From: Myxococcota bacterium
GTDB lineage: Bacteria > Myxococcota_A > UBA796 > UBA2385
Direction of reading: 5' to 3'
Length of the DNA stretch: 64,000 bases
NCBI GenBank assembly: GCA_942491145.1
Contig: CALOBC010000001.1
Span: 215,318-279,317 of the forward strand
The notes under the pieces are model-generated. The model ran no database searches, was not told where the DNA came from, and saw nothing but the letters and a program-made list of their open reading frames with translations. How positions within the stretch are numbered: the first letter of the stretch is position 1; every line of letters begins with the position of its first letter. Position numbers and translations under genes: made by a program. Shown in pieces: positions 18,987-28,831 of this stretch.

Positions 18987-20123
18987 TCAGCCGCCCTGGC
19001 GCACACCGGCGCCGTCGACGGCCAGCAACATTCGGGCGGATCGCAGGCGGGCCATCGCCGACAGCCAGCGCATGAGCACCTGCGTGGCTGCATCGTCCAC
19101 ACCCAGGACGGCCTGGGACTGGGCGCGGCGGGGTTCGGCGCCTCCCGCTCGGCGATTCCACGCCCGGAGCACTTGGCGGTTCAAGACGGGGTCCAGCCCC
19201 GCTTCTGGCGTCCAGAGCACCCGATCGAGCTCCGCGCGGGGCTCATCGACCACACCCGCGAGCACGCGGTCCGGGGTCGCGTGGACAACTGTGAGGCCCG
19301 CGAAGTGCTCCGCGCGCACACAACAGCGCAGCGTGGGGGGTGGCAGGGCCGACTCGAGGGCGCGCACGGCCCGGGCCAAGCGCCCCACACGGGAGCGGCG
19401 CTGGGCATTGCGGGCGAGCAGGGCCAGCGCGTGCCGACGGCGCAGCAAGGACGCGGCCATCGCTTGGCGGAGGAGCGCTTGCCCATCTCGCGCAGCCAGC
19501 GGGGGGTGGTCCACCCACCCTCGGACCATGGCGCTGACGGGATCTTCGGCGTGCGGCGCCAAGGCCAGGACCGCAGCGGCGAGGCTGCGCATGTCCCCTT
19601 CAGGCGTGCCCTCGGCCTCAAAGGGATCCCGCCAGAGCACCCGTGGGCCATCGGACCCAAAGGCGATGACATGCTCCAGGGGCTCCCCCACCACCGCACC
19701 CGCACGGTGGAGCCGATCCAGGGCGTCGAGTCCTCGGGCGAGCACCCGCACGCGGGTGGCCTGGGGCACCTCGTCTTCTACGGGAGTCAGCTCAGCAATC
19801 GGCACTCCGGGTCGCACCCAGCGCAGGTGGGGCCAGTCCCCGTCGCCGTGCCACGTGGGCGTCGGGGCAAGCCCGGCGACACCCTCCGCCGACAGCCGGC
19901 GGTGCAGCGCGGCGTCATCCCGCCACCGAGGCCGCAAACAGCGCAGCCAGTGGCGGGACCCCAGCTCCAGGGAGAACCCCTCCCACGTGGTGCTCACGGC
20001 GTCCCGGGCGAGCAAGCGGGACCGGCGGACACCATCGATCACCCGCGGCAGCTCGGCATCGACAAGATCCAGATCTCGCCGGTCCAGCAGGGTGCGGTCC
20101 CCATTGCCACGGGGCGTGCTCAT
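18987..20123 (-). CDS. Protein-kinase-fold protein with degenerate catalytic motifs (pseudokinase-like), translationally coupled to murJ
   Basis: By-eye alignment to the Hanks kinase subdomains: RLHRAGAVVGEP in place of HRDLKPxN, DPF in place of DFG, a GTPEGD P+1 loop, and no beta-3 Lys. The ATGA overlap with the murJ stop places it directly after murJ. Confidence 0.5.
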   Translation of the reverse strand: MSTPRGNGDRTLLDRRDLDLVDAELPRVIDGVRRSRLLARDAVSTTWEGFSLELGSRHWLRCLRPRWRDDAALHRRLSAEGVAGLAPTPTWHGDGDWPHLRWVRPGVPIAELTPVEDEVPQATRVRVLARGLDALDRLHRAGAVVGEPLEHVIAFGSDGPRVLWRDPFEAEGTPEGDMRSLAAAVLALAPHAEDPVSAMVRGWVDHPPLAARDGQALLRQAMAASLLRRRHALALLARNAQRRSRVGRLARAVRALESALPPPTLRCCVRAEHFAGLTVVHATPDRVLAGVVDEPRAELDRVLWTPEAGLDPVLNRQVLRAWNRRAGGAEPRRAQSQAVLGVDDAATQVLMRWLSAMARLRSARMLLAVDGAGVRQGG

Positions 20124-21649
20124 GAGCGGCCCCGGGCCAGCCTGCGCTTCACCATGGCTCCGACCTCACGCACCTCGGGAACTCCGAAGATCAGCGCGCT
20201 TGCAGCATACACGATGCCACCGACGCCACCCGCGACGGTCCCCCGCAGCAGGGCCCCTGGCAGCCCGCCCCAGCGTGCAATCGCGAGCCCCGAAGCGATG
20301 CCAAGCGCCACGGGCACAACCATGCGGGCAAGGAACGCACCAAAGCCATCGGGCACACCGACAAAGCGGCGGCGCAGCATCACCACCAGGCCGATGGTGT
20401 AGAAGCTGAGCGCCAGGGTGGTGGCCACCGGCAAGCCGAAGAGGCCGAAGTGGACCCGCAGCGCGTGGTAGACAGGCAGCATGGCCACAAACACAACGGT
20501 GCCGAGCAGCGACGGTGGCCAGGTCTGACCCAGCGCGTAGAAGCCGCGGTTGAGCACACTCTGAGCCGACCACGCCCACAGCCCGAGCCCAAAGAGCCCC
20601 AGTGCTATGCCGATGTCGGCGTGCTGGCCGTCCATCAGCTTGGTGCCGTAGATGACCTCGGCGACCTCGGCGCCCGCTGCAGTCAGCACCACCTGGGCGC
20701 CGAATGCCAGCACGAGCATGCGCTTGCAGGCGCTCGCGAGAACGGTGTAGGCCGCGTCTTTCTCACCCCGTCCCACCATGCGAGAGAGCGTGGGAAAGGC
20801 CGCCACACCGGTCGCGAAGCCGAAGACCCCCATGGGCACCTTCATCAAGGTCTTTGCGTAGGTCAAGGTGGCCACGGCCCCCTCCCCGACCTGAGAGCCT
20901 TCCGCCGTCAGCACCCAGTCGTCCCAGATGATGATGGAGAACGCCAGCATCACCGGCAGGCTGCGGAAGAACCAGTCGCGAAGGTCGGGATGGTCGAAGC
21001 GCAGGATCAGCTGCCAGCGCATGCCGGCCCGCAGGTTGCCGATCAACGGCAGCCCGAAGGGCCCGAGAATGCTTCCCACCACGGCACCCCAGACAAAACC
21101 GTCCGGGCCTTGTCCGATGAGACCACCGGCGATGATGCTGCCCGTGTAGAGCAGCGGGGCCAGCGCCGGCAGCGTGTGGCGGTCCCGGGCCTGAAGGGCC
21201 GCGCTGAGCAGGCCCCCGACGAGGTGGAAGACCTGGGCCGGCAGCACAATTCGTGTGAGCCGAGACAGATGGGCCCGGTCCTCGGCCGCAAAGCCCGAGG
21301 CCAGCCAATTGTCCACCACCCAAGGGGTCGCCAACCACGCCAGCGGCAAGGCGACCGCCAGGAGCAGCAACACCGTGTTGGCGATGACGCTGTACGCCTC
21401 CCAGCCCTTGTCTTCATCGTCCCGGGCCAGGTGCCCCGCGAAGATAGGGATGAAGATGATGCTGAGCGCGCCGCCCGCGAGCAGGTAGTTCAGGAAGTCG
21501 GGGATGCGGAACGCCGCGAGGTAGACATCGGCGTCGGCCCCTCCGCCGAGGATGCGCCCAATGACGCCCTCGCGGATGATGCCGATGACCCGGGAGAGCA
21601 GCAAGCTGCCGCCCCAGATGAGCGCAGCGATGCCGACTTTGCGGCTCAT
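20120..21649 (-). CDS. murJ: Lipid II flippase MurJ (MviN)
   Basis: N-terminal MSRKVGIAALIWGGSLLLSRVIGIIREGVIGRILGGGADADVYLAAFRIPDFLNYLLAGGALSIIFIPIF matches the MurJ N-terminal signature, with about 14 TM segments. The start is the internal Met at about 21649 (the longer ORF has an Arg-rich extension). Confidence 0.85.
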   Translation of the reverse strand: MSRKVGIAALIWGGSLLLSRVIGIIREGVIGRILGGGADADVYLAAFRIPDFLNYLLAGGALSIIFIPIFAGHLARDDEDKGWEAYSVIANTVLLLLAVALPLAWLATPWVVDNWLASGFAAEDRAHLSRLTRIVLPAQVFHLVGGLLSAALQARDRHTLPALAPLLYTGSIIAGGLIGQGPDGFVWGAVVGSILGPFGLPLIGNLRAGMRWQLILRFDHPDLRDWFFRSLPVMLAFSIIIWDDWVLTAEGSQVGEGAVATLTYAKTLMKVPMGVFGFATGVAAFPTLSRMVGRGEKDAAYTVLASACKRMLVLAFGAQVVLTAAGAEVAEVIYGTKLMDGQHADIGIALGLFGLGLWAWSAQSVLNRGFYALGQTWPPSLLGTVVFVAMLPVYHALRVHFGLFGLPVATTLALSFYTIGLVVMLRRRFVGVPDGFGAFLARMVVPVALGIASGLAIARWGGLPGALLRGTVAGGVGGIVYAASALIFGVPEVREVGAMVKRRLARGRS

Positions 21650-22392
21650 CGGGCCACCGCGGCCGGACACGACCAGGACCCGAGGACCTCCAGCGCGGCT
21701 GTGGCGGGCGTGAGCTGAATCCGCATGAGGACCACAGTTGTCGCGTCGAAGACCGCGGTCTCCAGCCCGGGCAAGCCATCGAGGTCGGCCGGCGGCAAGG
21801 CCCGCACAGGCCCACACATCTCGGGAATGACCACGCTGTCGAGGGTCTGGAGGCCGGTGTGGTCCAAGAGCACCACTGCGCCGGTGCACTCCCGAGCGCC
21901 GACCGCGAGGTTCACGGGCGGGCCCCCGTCCCGGCGTTGCTTGATGACGCTGCCCACCTCCACACCCCGCTGGCGGGTGGGGGCAGCATCCGGGTCGACG
22001 GGGGCAAAGGCGCCCGCAGCCGGCAACACCTCATCCAAGCGCCAAGCGGCCGACTCGACCATCGTGGCCGCCACCACCGGGGGCTTGCGGGGGGACTCTG
22101 GCACAGCACCCGCTGGGGCGACGAGCACCGCGTGGTCTGGCGCATTGTCGACCAGACGTCCGCCACAGGGACCCACCTGGGCGCCCGTCACCCCGCCGAC
22201 CGCCCGGGGACCCACAGGGACCTCTCCGTCGCCGACATGCCAAGGCTTGCCGTCCCGCCAGAAGACCGCACCCCAGCCGGGAGCAGGCAACCCCGTGGTT
22301 GAGTCAAGCGCTTTGCTTACGGGCTTGTCAGGATCTGAACACGCAGAACCCACCAGGACAAATAGGCTCAACAGTGGGATGTGCGGGTGCAT
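21646..22392 (-). CDS. Hypothetical lipoprotein
   Basis: MHPHIPLLSLFVLVGSACS lipobox. The stop overlaps the murJ start (ATGA). Confidence 0.5.
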   Translation of the reverse strand: MHPHIPLLSLFVLVGSACSDPDKPVSKALDSTTGLPAPGWGAVFWRDGKPWHVGDGEVPVGPRAVGGVTGAQVGPCGGRLVDNAPDHAVLVAPAGAVPESPRKPPVVAATMVESAAWRLDEVLPAAGAFAPVDPDAAPTRQRGVEVGSVIKQRRDGGPPVNLAVGARECTGAVVLLDHTGLQTLDSVVIPEMCGPVRALPPADLDGLPGLETAVFDATTVVLMRIQLTPATAALEVLGSWSCPAAVAR

Positions 22393-22400
22393 ACCCCGGC

Positions 22401-23243
22401 CTAACTGCCCAAGGTCCAGCTCGCTCCGGCAGACAGACCCCATCCCCGCGCTGCCGCTTCAGCCCACACCACCGACGACCCGCCAAGCTCCACGGCGAGC
22501 CCCTTCCAGACCTTCACGCCCACGCCCGAAGACAGCTGGACCAGCCGACGGGTGACCGCGTCATCGACCATGCTCCCCACGCCGTCCCCCTGGACAAACA
22601 GCCAGCCCAGGTCTCGATCCCGCCATCGCGGGGACCAACCGAGCTGGGCGGTCCACAGCATCCCGTCGGCCAGCTGCCGATCAGGACTCGACCCATCCCC
22701 CATCCACCACTCGGTGCGGTGCCGGTAGCCCAGCTCACCCATCACCCAACCGCGCACCGGTCCGAGGGAGATGCCGGACCCAGCCGAGACCACCGCGTCG
22801 AGGTCCACTTGCCCATCACCGAGTGCCGGGAAGCGCTGGCCCGCGTCGCCATACCGCAGCAGCTCGGCATTGTCGTAGAGCGGCAGCTTACTGCGCAGGG
22901 TCAGCGAGACCGGCACGGACCCCACGGGAGCGCCCAACACCACCCCAAGCAGCCCATCGCCAAAGCCCCGGTTGACGAAGACCACGTCATCTAAACGATT
23001 CTGACCGCTTGAGAACGGCAACAGAACCACGGCATGGGCCCACTTGGCCAAGCCCACTTCGCCGTAGAAGGTGCCGCTGTTGCCCTGGTAGCGAACGTCA
23101 TCGAGGACCAGCCCACCGGGGGCCACCGAGGCGTCCGCGCGGAAGTGGGACCAGCCCATCTTGGTGTAGGCCTCGCCCGGGCCACGCACCCAAGGCGCAC
23201 CGGCGAGCGCAGCCTGACACAGCAGGAGCATCAGCGTGATCAT
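22401..23243 (-). CDS. Hypothetical secreted / outer-membrane protein
   Basis: Signal peptide MITLMLLLCQAALAGAPW. Gly- and aromatic-rich alternating pattern. Lies 9 nt upstream of the next gene on the same strand. Confidence 0.45.
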   Translation of the reverse strand: MITLMLLLCQAALAGAPWVRGPGEAYTKMGWSHFRADASVAPGGLVLDDVRYQGNSGTFYGEVGLAKWAHAVVLLPFSSGQNRLDDVVFVNRGFGDGLLGVVLGAPVGSVPVSLTLRSKLPLYDNAELLRYGDAGQRFPALGDGQVDLDAVVSAGSGISLGPVRGWVMGELGYRHRTEWWMGDGSSPDRQLADGMLWTAQLGWSPRWRDRDLGWLFVQGDGVGSMVDDAVTRRLVQLSSGVGVKVWKGLAVELGGSSVVWAEAAARGWGLSAGASWTLGS

Positions 23244-23398
23244 GCCGCTGAGATGCCCCTCTCCGCCGGAAGTCGCAGTGTGAACGGGGCGGCTGAAGAC
23301 AAAGAGGCCGGGCCTCCTGGGGTCGAGCACAAAAGGGGGGGGACGTGCTCGACAATGTTCAGGAGGTCCCAGCCAAGTTCGTCAGCCAGACCGCGCGA

Positions 23399-24904
23399 TC
23401 AGTTGCAGTACTTGGTGCCGAAGTCGCTGTTGCGCAGCTCGTCTTCGAGGACCGGGTAGGCCCAGCGGTCTTCGCGGATGTTCGTGATGTCGAAGCTTCC
23501 GGCCACAACCATGCGCGAAGAGGTCTCGGCGCCGGTGAAGACGATCTGGAAGTCACCCTTGGCGGTGCCGCCCTTCTCGATCTTGGCGCCGTCCTTCACA
23601 CGGACCCAGCTCTGGTGCACTTCCATCCAGCCATCGATGCCCGCGGGCCGATCGTCGGGCGCGCGCCAGAGGTTGTCTTCCACCTTGTGCTCGAAGGTCC
23701 ATGAGGGGGAGCCCGCACTTCCGGCATACGCGTTGGCAGCGTTGACCATCTCCGATTCCCACAGCGTGGCGTACTCTTGGAGGGAGTCGGCCCAGCCCTG
23801 CTGGTCGGCAGCGTCGGGGTTGTTGCGGTCGGTGACGCTCAGGAAGCTCTGGTCGGTGAGCGTGAAGTTGAAGTACGGGTTGTAGTAGTTCCCGTAGGCG
23901 CCAGGCTCCGAGTAGAACTCCTCACCGATGAAGTTGGCGTGGCCAAAGCCAGACAACCAATCGACGGGCAGGTACCAGGTCTCGGAACCCGAGGACTGGA
24001 GCGCACCGGAGTTCAGATAGTAGATGCTGTAGCCATCTTCATCGTCGGACCAGTTGCCGACCCAGTCGCCACCGTCCACGCCGATCACTTCGGCGCCGCC
24101 GTTCGCGGTGGACAAGCACTCAACAGGGTCGAAGTCGGGATCGATGGTCCATGAGAAGAACACATCCTCGCCATCCACCTTGAAGTGAATGGTGAGCTGG
24201 AGGTCACCCTCGCCATTGATCATCGCTTCGGTGCGCCAGGGCTCGATCGAACCACGCATCGCGTGGAATGCATCGAGGGTCATCCAGTCGTGGTAGCCAT
24301 GGCGCATGCGGGTGTCGGCCAGCGGCCCACACTCGGTGATGATCTCTTCGATGGCGTTGTCGTCGCAGGTCGCGGAGATGAACTGGATGTCGCCCGTCTC
24401 TTCGTCGACGATGGGCGTGCCGTCATCCTCAGACTCGTACGCGCAAGCACCACCAATATGGCGCGAGTCACCGTACTGCGAGACCAGCTGGGGGCCATGG
24501 TAGGTGTTCTGGTACCGTTGCTTGATCGGATCCCAGCCACCAGCCGCGCAGTTGCGCAGCGCGTTCGCGGGAATCGAACCCCGGCCACCGGCGATCTCAC
24601 CGTTTTCGATGGCGGCGCGGAACTGCTCAAAGTTCTGCAAGTCGTCGAAGAAGGTCGTGCCCTGGTTGTCATCGTATTCGGCGAGACCGTCGTAGTGGGC
24701 GACGGTGCAGTCCACGAATTCCTGGCAGGAGTAGATCGTGGCACGGTCGTCGAGGTCCACGATGTCTTCGTTCTCGACCACGGAGGACGAGTTCGAAGAG
24801 AACCAGACCAGCCAGTCGCCCTTGATCTCGGCGTCATTCGGGGCGCAGCCGACGAGGAGCATCGGGAGGAGCAGCGGCGAGATGGATGGCGCGATGCGGG
24901 GCAT
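23399..24904 (-). CDS. Large acidic hypothetical lipoprotein
   Basis: MPRIAPSISPLLLPMLLVGCAPN lipobox. 501 aa, rich in D/E/W/Y. GAGG RBS. Confidence 0.6.
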   Translation of the reverse strand: MPRIAPSISPLLLPMLLVGCAPNDAEIKGDWLVWFSSNSSSVVENEDIVDLDDRATIYSCQEFVDCTVAHYDGLAEYDDNQGTTFFDDLQNFEQFRAAIENGEIAGGRGSIPANALRNCAAGGWDPIKQRYQNTYHGPQLVSQYGDSRHIGGACAYESEDDGTPIVDEETGDIQFISATCDDNAIEEIITECGPLADTRMRHGYHDWMTLDAFHAMRGSIEPWRTEAMINGEGDLQLTIHFKVDGEDVFFSWTIDPDFDPVECLSTANGGAEVIGVDGGDWVGNWSDDEDGYSIYYLNSGALQSSGSETWYLPVDWLSGFGHANFIGEEFYSEPGAYGNYYNPYFNFTLTDQSFLSVTDRNNPDAADQQGWADSLQEYATLWESEMVNAANAYAGSAGSPSWTFEHKVEDNLWRAPDDRPAGIDGWMEVHQSWVRVKDGAKIEKGGTAKGDFQIVFTGAETSSRMVVAGSFDITNIREDRWAYPVLEDELRNSDFGTKYCN

Positions 24905-24924
24905 CGAAGACCTCTACGAAAAAA

Positions 24925-24975
24925 GGAAGTGCCGGACAGACTGCCCGATCTCCAGTCGCCGCGCACAACGTGCCG
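24925..24975 (-). terminator. Possible intrinsic terminator after the cytochrome c gene
   Basis: Imperfect GC hairpin (ccgcggcacgttgtgcgcgg on the minus strand) followed by cttccttttttcg, a rare T-run in this genome. Confidence 0.3.
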
Positions 24976-25080
24976 CGGATCAGGAGCGGTATGGGGACCA
25001 TCGAGGAACGGGCGTACCAGCCCCTCGCAGGCGGTCCCATGCAAAGAGACACCGATGTATACGGTGAGGTTGGGCTGGGG

Positions 25081-26331
25081 TCAAGGAGCGGGCGCCGAGG
25101 TCGGGCCACGGGGCCGGATCTGCCGCGCTTCCGACTTCACCCGCCGCCGGGTGGGGTAGTCGCCAAGGTCGTGGTAGCCGGCATTCTCGGGACTGATGCG
25201 GACGTGGTCCAGCTCGACCCGCAGCGCAGCGCCGCCTTCCGGCAACGTGAAGCTGTGCTCCCATGCGCGGGTCTCTCCCGGGGCAAGCCGGTTGTCGTCC
25301 ACCTTGCGGGCAACCGGATACCACTCCCAGCGCTGACCGACGCGGTGCTCCTCACTGATCAGCACGTCTCCATCGGCACTCTCTACGAGTGTTCGAAGCT
25401 CCAAGTAGCGCTCGGGATCGCCGGTCGGGAGCATGTGGCCCGCGCGGGCGTTGGTCAGCTGGACCCGGATGGTCACGGGCTCCCCGGCGTCCCCCACGTC
25501 GGAGACCACCACGGTGAGATCGGCCCCTGGGGCCCAGTCCTTGAACAGCGCTGCTTCGGCATCGCTCCAGGCGTCCTTCGGGATCAGCGAGCCCGGCCAG
25601 AGGTGCTGGCCTCCCTTTCGCTCGGGGGCACCGACCGCCGAAGCCCGGGTCACGGACGGCATGTGGCACTCTGGACAGGTGCGCCCCGGCGCAGCGTCGG
25701 CCCACTCTTGCCCCGTGTTGAAGGTGCAGACCAAGGCATCTTCCAGCCGCGCGACCGCTTGGTGGCAGCCGGTGCACGTCGTCTCGCTCCGCAGCTCCGG
25801 AGCGTAGACCAGCGGGTGGGGCGCGACGGCATCCTCGTGCACCGCCGCGATGCCTTCCGGCCGCCAGTGGCAGGTCAAGCACGTGATGCCTTCGGCCTGA
25901 AGCTCGGCATCAAAGTTCGGGTTGTCCACCCGCTGGGGGCTGCGGATGTTGCCGGTCGAGGTGGTGAGCTGCACTTGTTGAGCAGCCAAAGGGGTGTGGC
26001 AGTTGATGCACAGCCACGCCACCGCTTCGTCTTTGTGGAGCTCGGCTTGGAACTGGCGGTCGACCCAGGCATGGGCGTGGGTCGACGCAGACCACTCCGT
26101 GTAGATCTCCTGATGACAGGACCCACAGGACGCAGCGCTGAGGCCCGTGGTCCCCGGGAAGGGCGCCATCGGCGGCACCGTCACCGACATCCAGTCCGGG
26201 TCCGGCACGGAGGGGGGCGGCGACTCGGGACGTTGGCGCGCGCAGCCCAACCCCACAAGCATCGGGAGGGCCCACAGCACAGCAGAGCGAAGCACAGCAT
26301 CTCCGGATGGGGGCCCCACCGGATGCCGCAT
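25081..26331 (-). CDS. Multiheme c-type cytochrome (5 CxxCH motifs), secreted
   Basis: CGSCH, CINCH, CLTCH, CTGCH and CPECH are present. N-terminal signal/lipobox-like LPMLVGLGCAR. Confidence 0.85.
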   Translation of the reverse strand: MRHPVGPPSGDAVLRSAVLWALPMLVGLGCARQRPESPPPSVPDPDWMSVTVPPMAPFPGTTGLSAASCGSCHQEIYTEWSASTHAHAWVDRQFQAELHKDEAVAWLCINCHTPLAAQQVQLTTSTGNIRSPQRVDNPNFDAELQAEGITCLTCHWRPEGIAAVHEDAVAPHPLVYAPELRSETTCTGCHQAVARLEDALVCTFNTGQEWADAAPGRTCPECHMPSVTRASAVGAPERKGGQHLWPGSLIPKDAWSDAEAALFKDWAPGADLTVVVSDVGDAGEPVTIRVQLTNARAGHMLPTGDPERYLELRTLVESADGDVLISEEHRVGQRWEWYPVARKVDDNRLAPGETRAWEHSFTLPEGGAALRVELDHVRISPENAGYHDLGDYPTRRRVKSEARQIRPRGPTSAPAP

Positions 26332-26361
26332 ATCCGACGAAGTGGCAGAGACCCGCGTGGC

Positions 26362-28776
26362 CTACTCGGCGCTGGTGGCTTCGCTGTGCCAGACCTTGCC
26401 GGTGTCATCGACGAAGATGAGCTCGGGCAGGCCGTCGCCGGTCATGTCGCCGACCGACATCGGGGAGGACAGGGGCCGGTCATTCTGCACGCCGCGGCCG
26501 GGGGCGAGGGTGCCGCCGGACGTGAGCCACAAGGCCCCACGCTGGAGGTCCGGGCTCCAGGCAAGCACATCGAGAACACCGTCCAGATCGACGTCTCCAA
26601 GGGACAGCAGGCCGCCGCCAGCCAGCACCCGCTCCTCGCCGTTCAGCGTGACGGTGGACGTGGTGCCGTTGGAGCGGACCACCGCGTCCACACCATCTTC
26701 ATCGGGGTCGATCGCGACCACAGAGCAGCCGGTGTCGGGACAGAAAACGACCTCGCCCGCGCCATTGCCGTCGGTGTCCGCCAGGGCGATGGCGCCCACA
26801 GCGCCGACCTCGCCGTCCGCCTTGGGGGTCAGGCCGACGCCGTAGCTGCGCCAGAAGCCCGTTTGTTGAGCAACCACAACACCCTGCTCGCCCGAGGGCA
26901 GCAGTCCGCAAGCCAGCAGTGTGCCGCTGGTCTCGGTGGTGGCGTCGATGACAGGCACACCGGTCGACAGCGAGTAGCGGTTCAGCACGGTGCCGCTGGT
27001 GCCCTCGGTCAGCGACCAGACCAGCCCATTGCACTGAACGAGACCGTAGGGCACGGCATTGTCGCCAAGGTCCCCGTTCTCGGTGCGACCCCCAAACTGG
27101 AGCTCGCCCTCACCGGTGTCGAGGATGTTCATCGTCCAGCTGGCCAGGACAAGGTCGCTGTCGGTGGTGAACCCAAGGATGTCGGTGATGCCGTCGCCGT
27201 CGATGTCGAAGAAGAGCGAAGGCCCCTGCAGGGCGGTGTTGAAGGACCGCCAGGAGAACCGCTCGTGCTCCCACTCGCCATCGTTGGCCAAGGCGCCTGG
27301 GTAGATGCTGACCACGTCGGTCACCACGGCCAGATCGGGAACTTCGTCGTGGATCAAGGTGGACCCGGCGATGGGCCCCCGAGGACCGCTGATCTCGCTG
27401 CGGCGATCGACAAAGCCCTGACCGTCCCAGCCGATCACGTGCAGCTCATCGTCGACGGACGCGATGATGTCGAGCGAGCCATCCAGATCCATGTCGGCCA
27501 CACCGGCGTGCAGCGGCGGCAGCGGGACCGGGTAGTTCACCGAACCGGAGCCCTCGGGCTGAATGACGAACATCACGATATCTTGGGTGTTCGCTTCGGG
27601 GGCGCCCACGATCAGGGTCTCGAAGGAGCGGTCACCGTCCAGATCGGTCGACGGCAGCAAGCTGCTGTTGGTCTGGGCGGCGTAGCCGGGAAGCTCGGAC
27701 GTCTTCGCCCCGACCCAGCCCTCGTCACCCAGGGTGTAGCGACGCACGGTGTCGCTCGCGACGGTGAGCACGCTGATGACCGGCCGGCCATCGTAGCCCT
27801 CGTCGGCCGCCGCCACGTCGTAGACTTCAGTGTTGAGGAACAGCTGTTCGAGCGGCGAGAAGCCCCAGGCCCCGTCCCCCATCAGGGGCACGATGGTCGC
27901 CTTGCTCTCACCACTGGCGGCCAGGACGATGTCGGTGTTCCGGTCGCTGTCGACATCGGCGATCGTCCCGCCGGCGACCGCGCCAAAGCCCGCTTGCCAG
28001 CCGCCCTGCCACGTGTAGCCGCCGCCTTCGCGGCCTTTGAGCACGATGGCTTGGTTGCCGGCCCAGACCAACAGGTCGAGGATGCCGTCCCGGTCGATGT
28101 GGCCAGACTCCATTCCCGCGACTTCAGACGCCGAGACGTCCGCGACAATCCACGCCCGCTGGGACACGTCGGCAGGCTGGAACCACACCTTGTCCGCCGC
28201 CGAGAATGCGATGCCGTTCGTCGCCGCGACCGCGTGGGCGGGCTCGCCGTCCATGTCGTCAAAGTAGCCAGCAGCGCCGATCTTGAAGGCGGGCGGTTCC
28301 CCGTCCATGGACCAGGACACGCCGGAGGCTTCGCTCAGGTCCAGGCCGTCAGCCGACGCGATGATCTCGACCAGGGCCGGACCGCTGGCGAGGGTCGGCA
28401 CAAGTACCGTGGCGTGGCCGCTCGGGCCGGGGGTGAGGCTCAAGGTCTGGCCGCCGCCCTCAATGCCGTCACCGGTGACTTGAACGGTGAGCTCGCCAGA
28501 AGCCACCGCCGCGCGGTAGCCATTGACGGCCCGAACATGCACCAAAAGCCCACCAGTGGTCACTTCAGGCACCACCTTGGCGAGCGTGGCGCGGTCGGAT
28601 GCCTCAATCTCAAGGAAGGCATCCGCGACCGGCTCATCCTTGTTTGCGCAGCCCAGCGCACCCAACGCGACGGCGCAGTGCAGCCATGCGCGGGATCGGC
28701 TGAGGGCCGGGCGGCCCCGTCGCGCCGCATCCGCAAGGGTACGATTAGGTGCCAGAATATCGTGGGACACGCCCAT
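26362..28776 (-). CDS. FG-GAP/VCBS-repeat lipoprotein
   Basis: Lipobox AVALGALGCAN. Many DxDxDG-containing beta-propeller-type repeats (DIDGDGITDILGF, DTDGNGAGEVVF, DVDLDGVLDVLAW, DMTGDGLPELIFVDD). Confidence 0.75.
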   Translation of the reverse strand: MGVSHDILAPNRTLADAARRGRPALSRSRAWLHCAVALGALGCANKDEPVADAFLEIEASDRATLAKVVPEVTTGGLLVHVRAVNGYRAAVASGELTVQVTGDGIEGGGQTLSLTPGPSGHATVLVPTLASGPALVEIIASADGLDLSEASGVSWSMDGEPPAFKIGAAGYFDDMDGEPAHAVAATNGIAFSAADKVWFQPADVSQRAWIVADVSASEVAGMESGHIDRDGILDLLVWAGNQAIVLKGREGGGYTWQGGWQAGFGAVAGGTIADVDSDRNTDIVLAASGESKATIVPLMGDGAWGFSPLEQLFLNTEVYDVAAADEGYDGRPVISVLTVASDTVRRYTLGDEGWVGAKTSELPGYAAQTNSSLLPSTDLDGDRSFETLIVGAPEANTQDIVMFVIQPEGSGSVNYPVPLPPLHAGVADMDLDGSLDIIASVDDELHVIGWDGQGFVDRRSEISGPRGPIAGSTLIHDEVPDLAVVTDVVSIYPGALANDGEWEHERFSWRSFNTALQGPSLFFDIDGDGITDILGFTTDSDLVLASWTMNILDTGEGELQFGGRTENGDLGDNAVPYGLVQCNGLVWSLTEGTSGTVLNRYSLSTGVPVIDATTETSGTLLACGLLPSGEQGVVVAQQTGFWRSYGVGLTPKADGEVGAVGAIALADTDGNGAGEVVFCPDTGCSVVAIDPDEDGVDAVVRSNGTTSTVTLNGEERVLAGGGLLSLGDVDLDGVLDVLAWSPDLQRGALWLTSGGTLAPGRGVQNDRPLSSPMSVGDMTGDGLPELIFVDDTGKVWHSEATSAE

Positions 28777-28831
28777 GTCGGCCTCCGAAGCCACCGCGCG
28801 AGCGAAGTGCACACCCGCAGACGCGGAGAGT

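Noticed and set aside
14043-20409. Long plus-strand ORFs 14043..15707, 15224..17137, 17916..20402 and 18679..20409
   Set aside because: They run antisense to the tightly coupled minus-strand operon. The translations are Arg/Pro/Gly-rich with no domain signatures.
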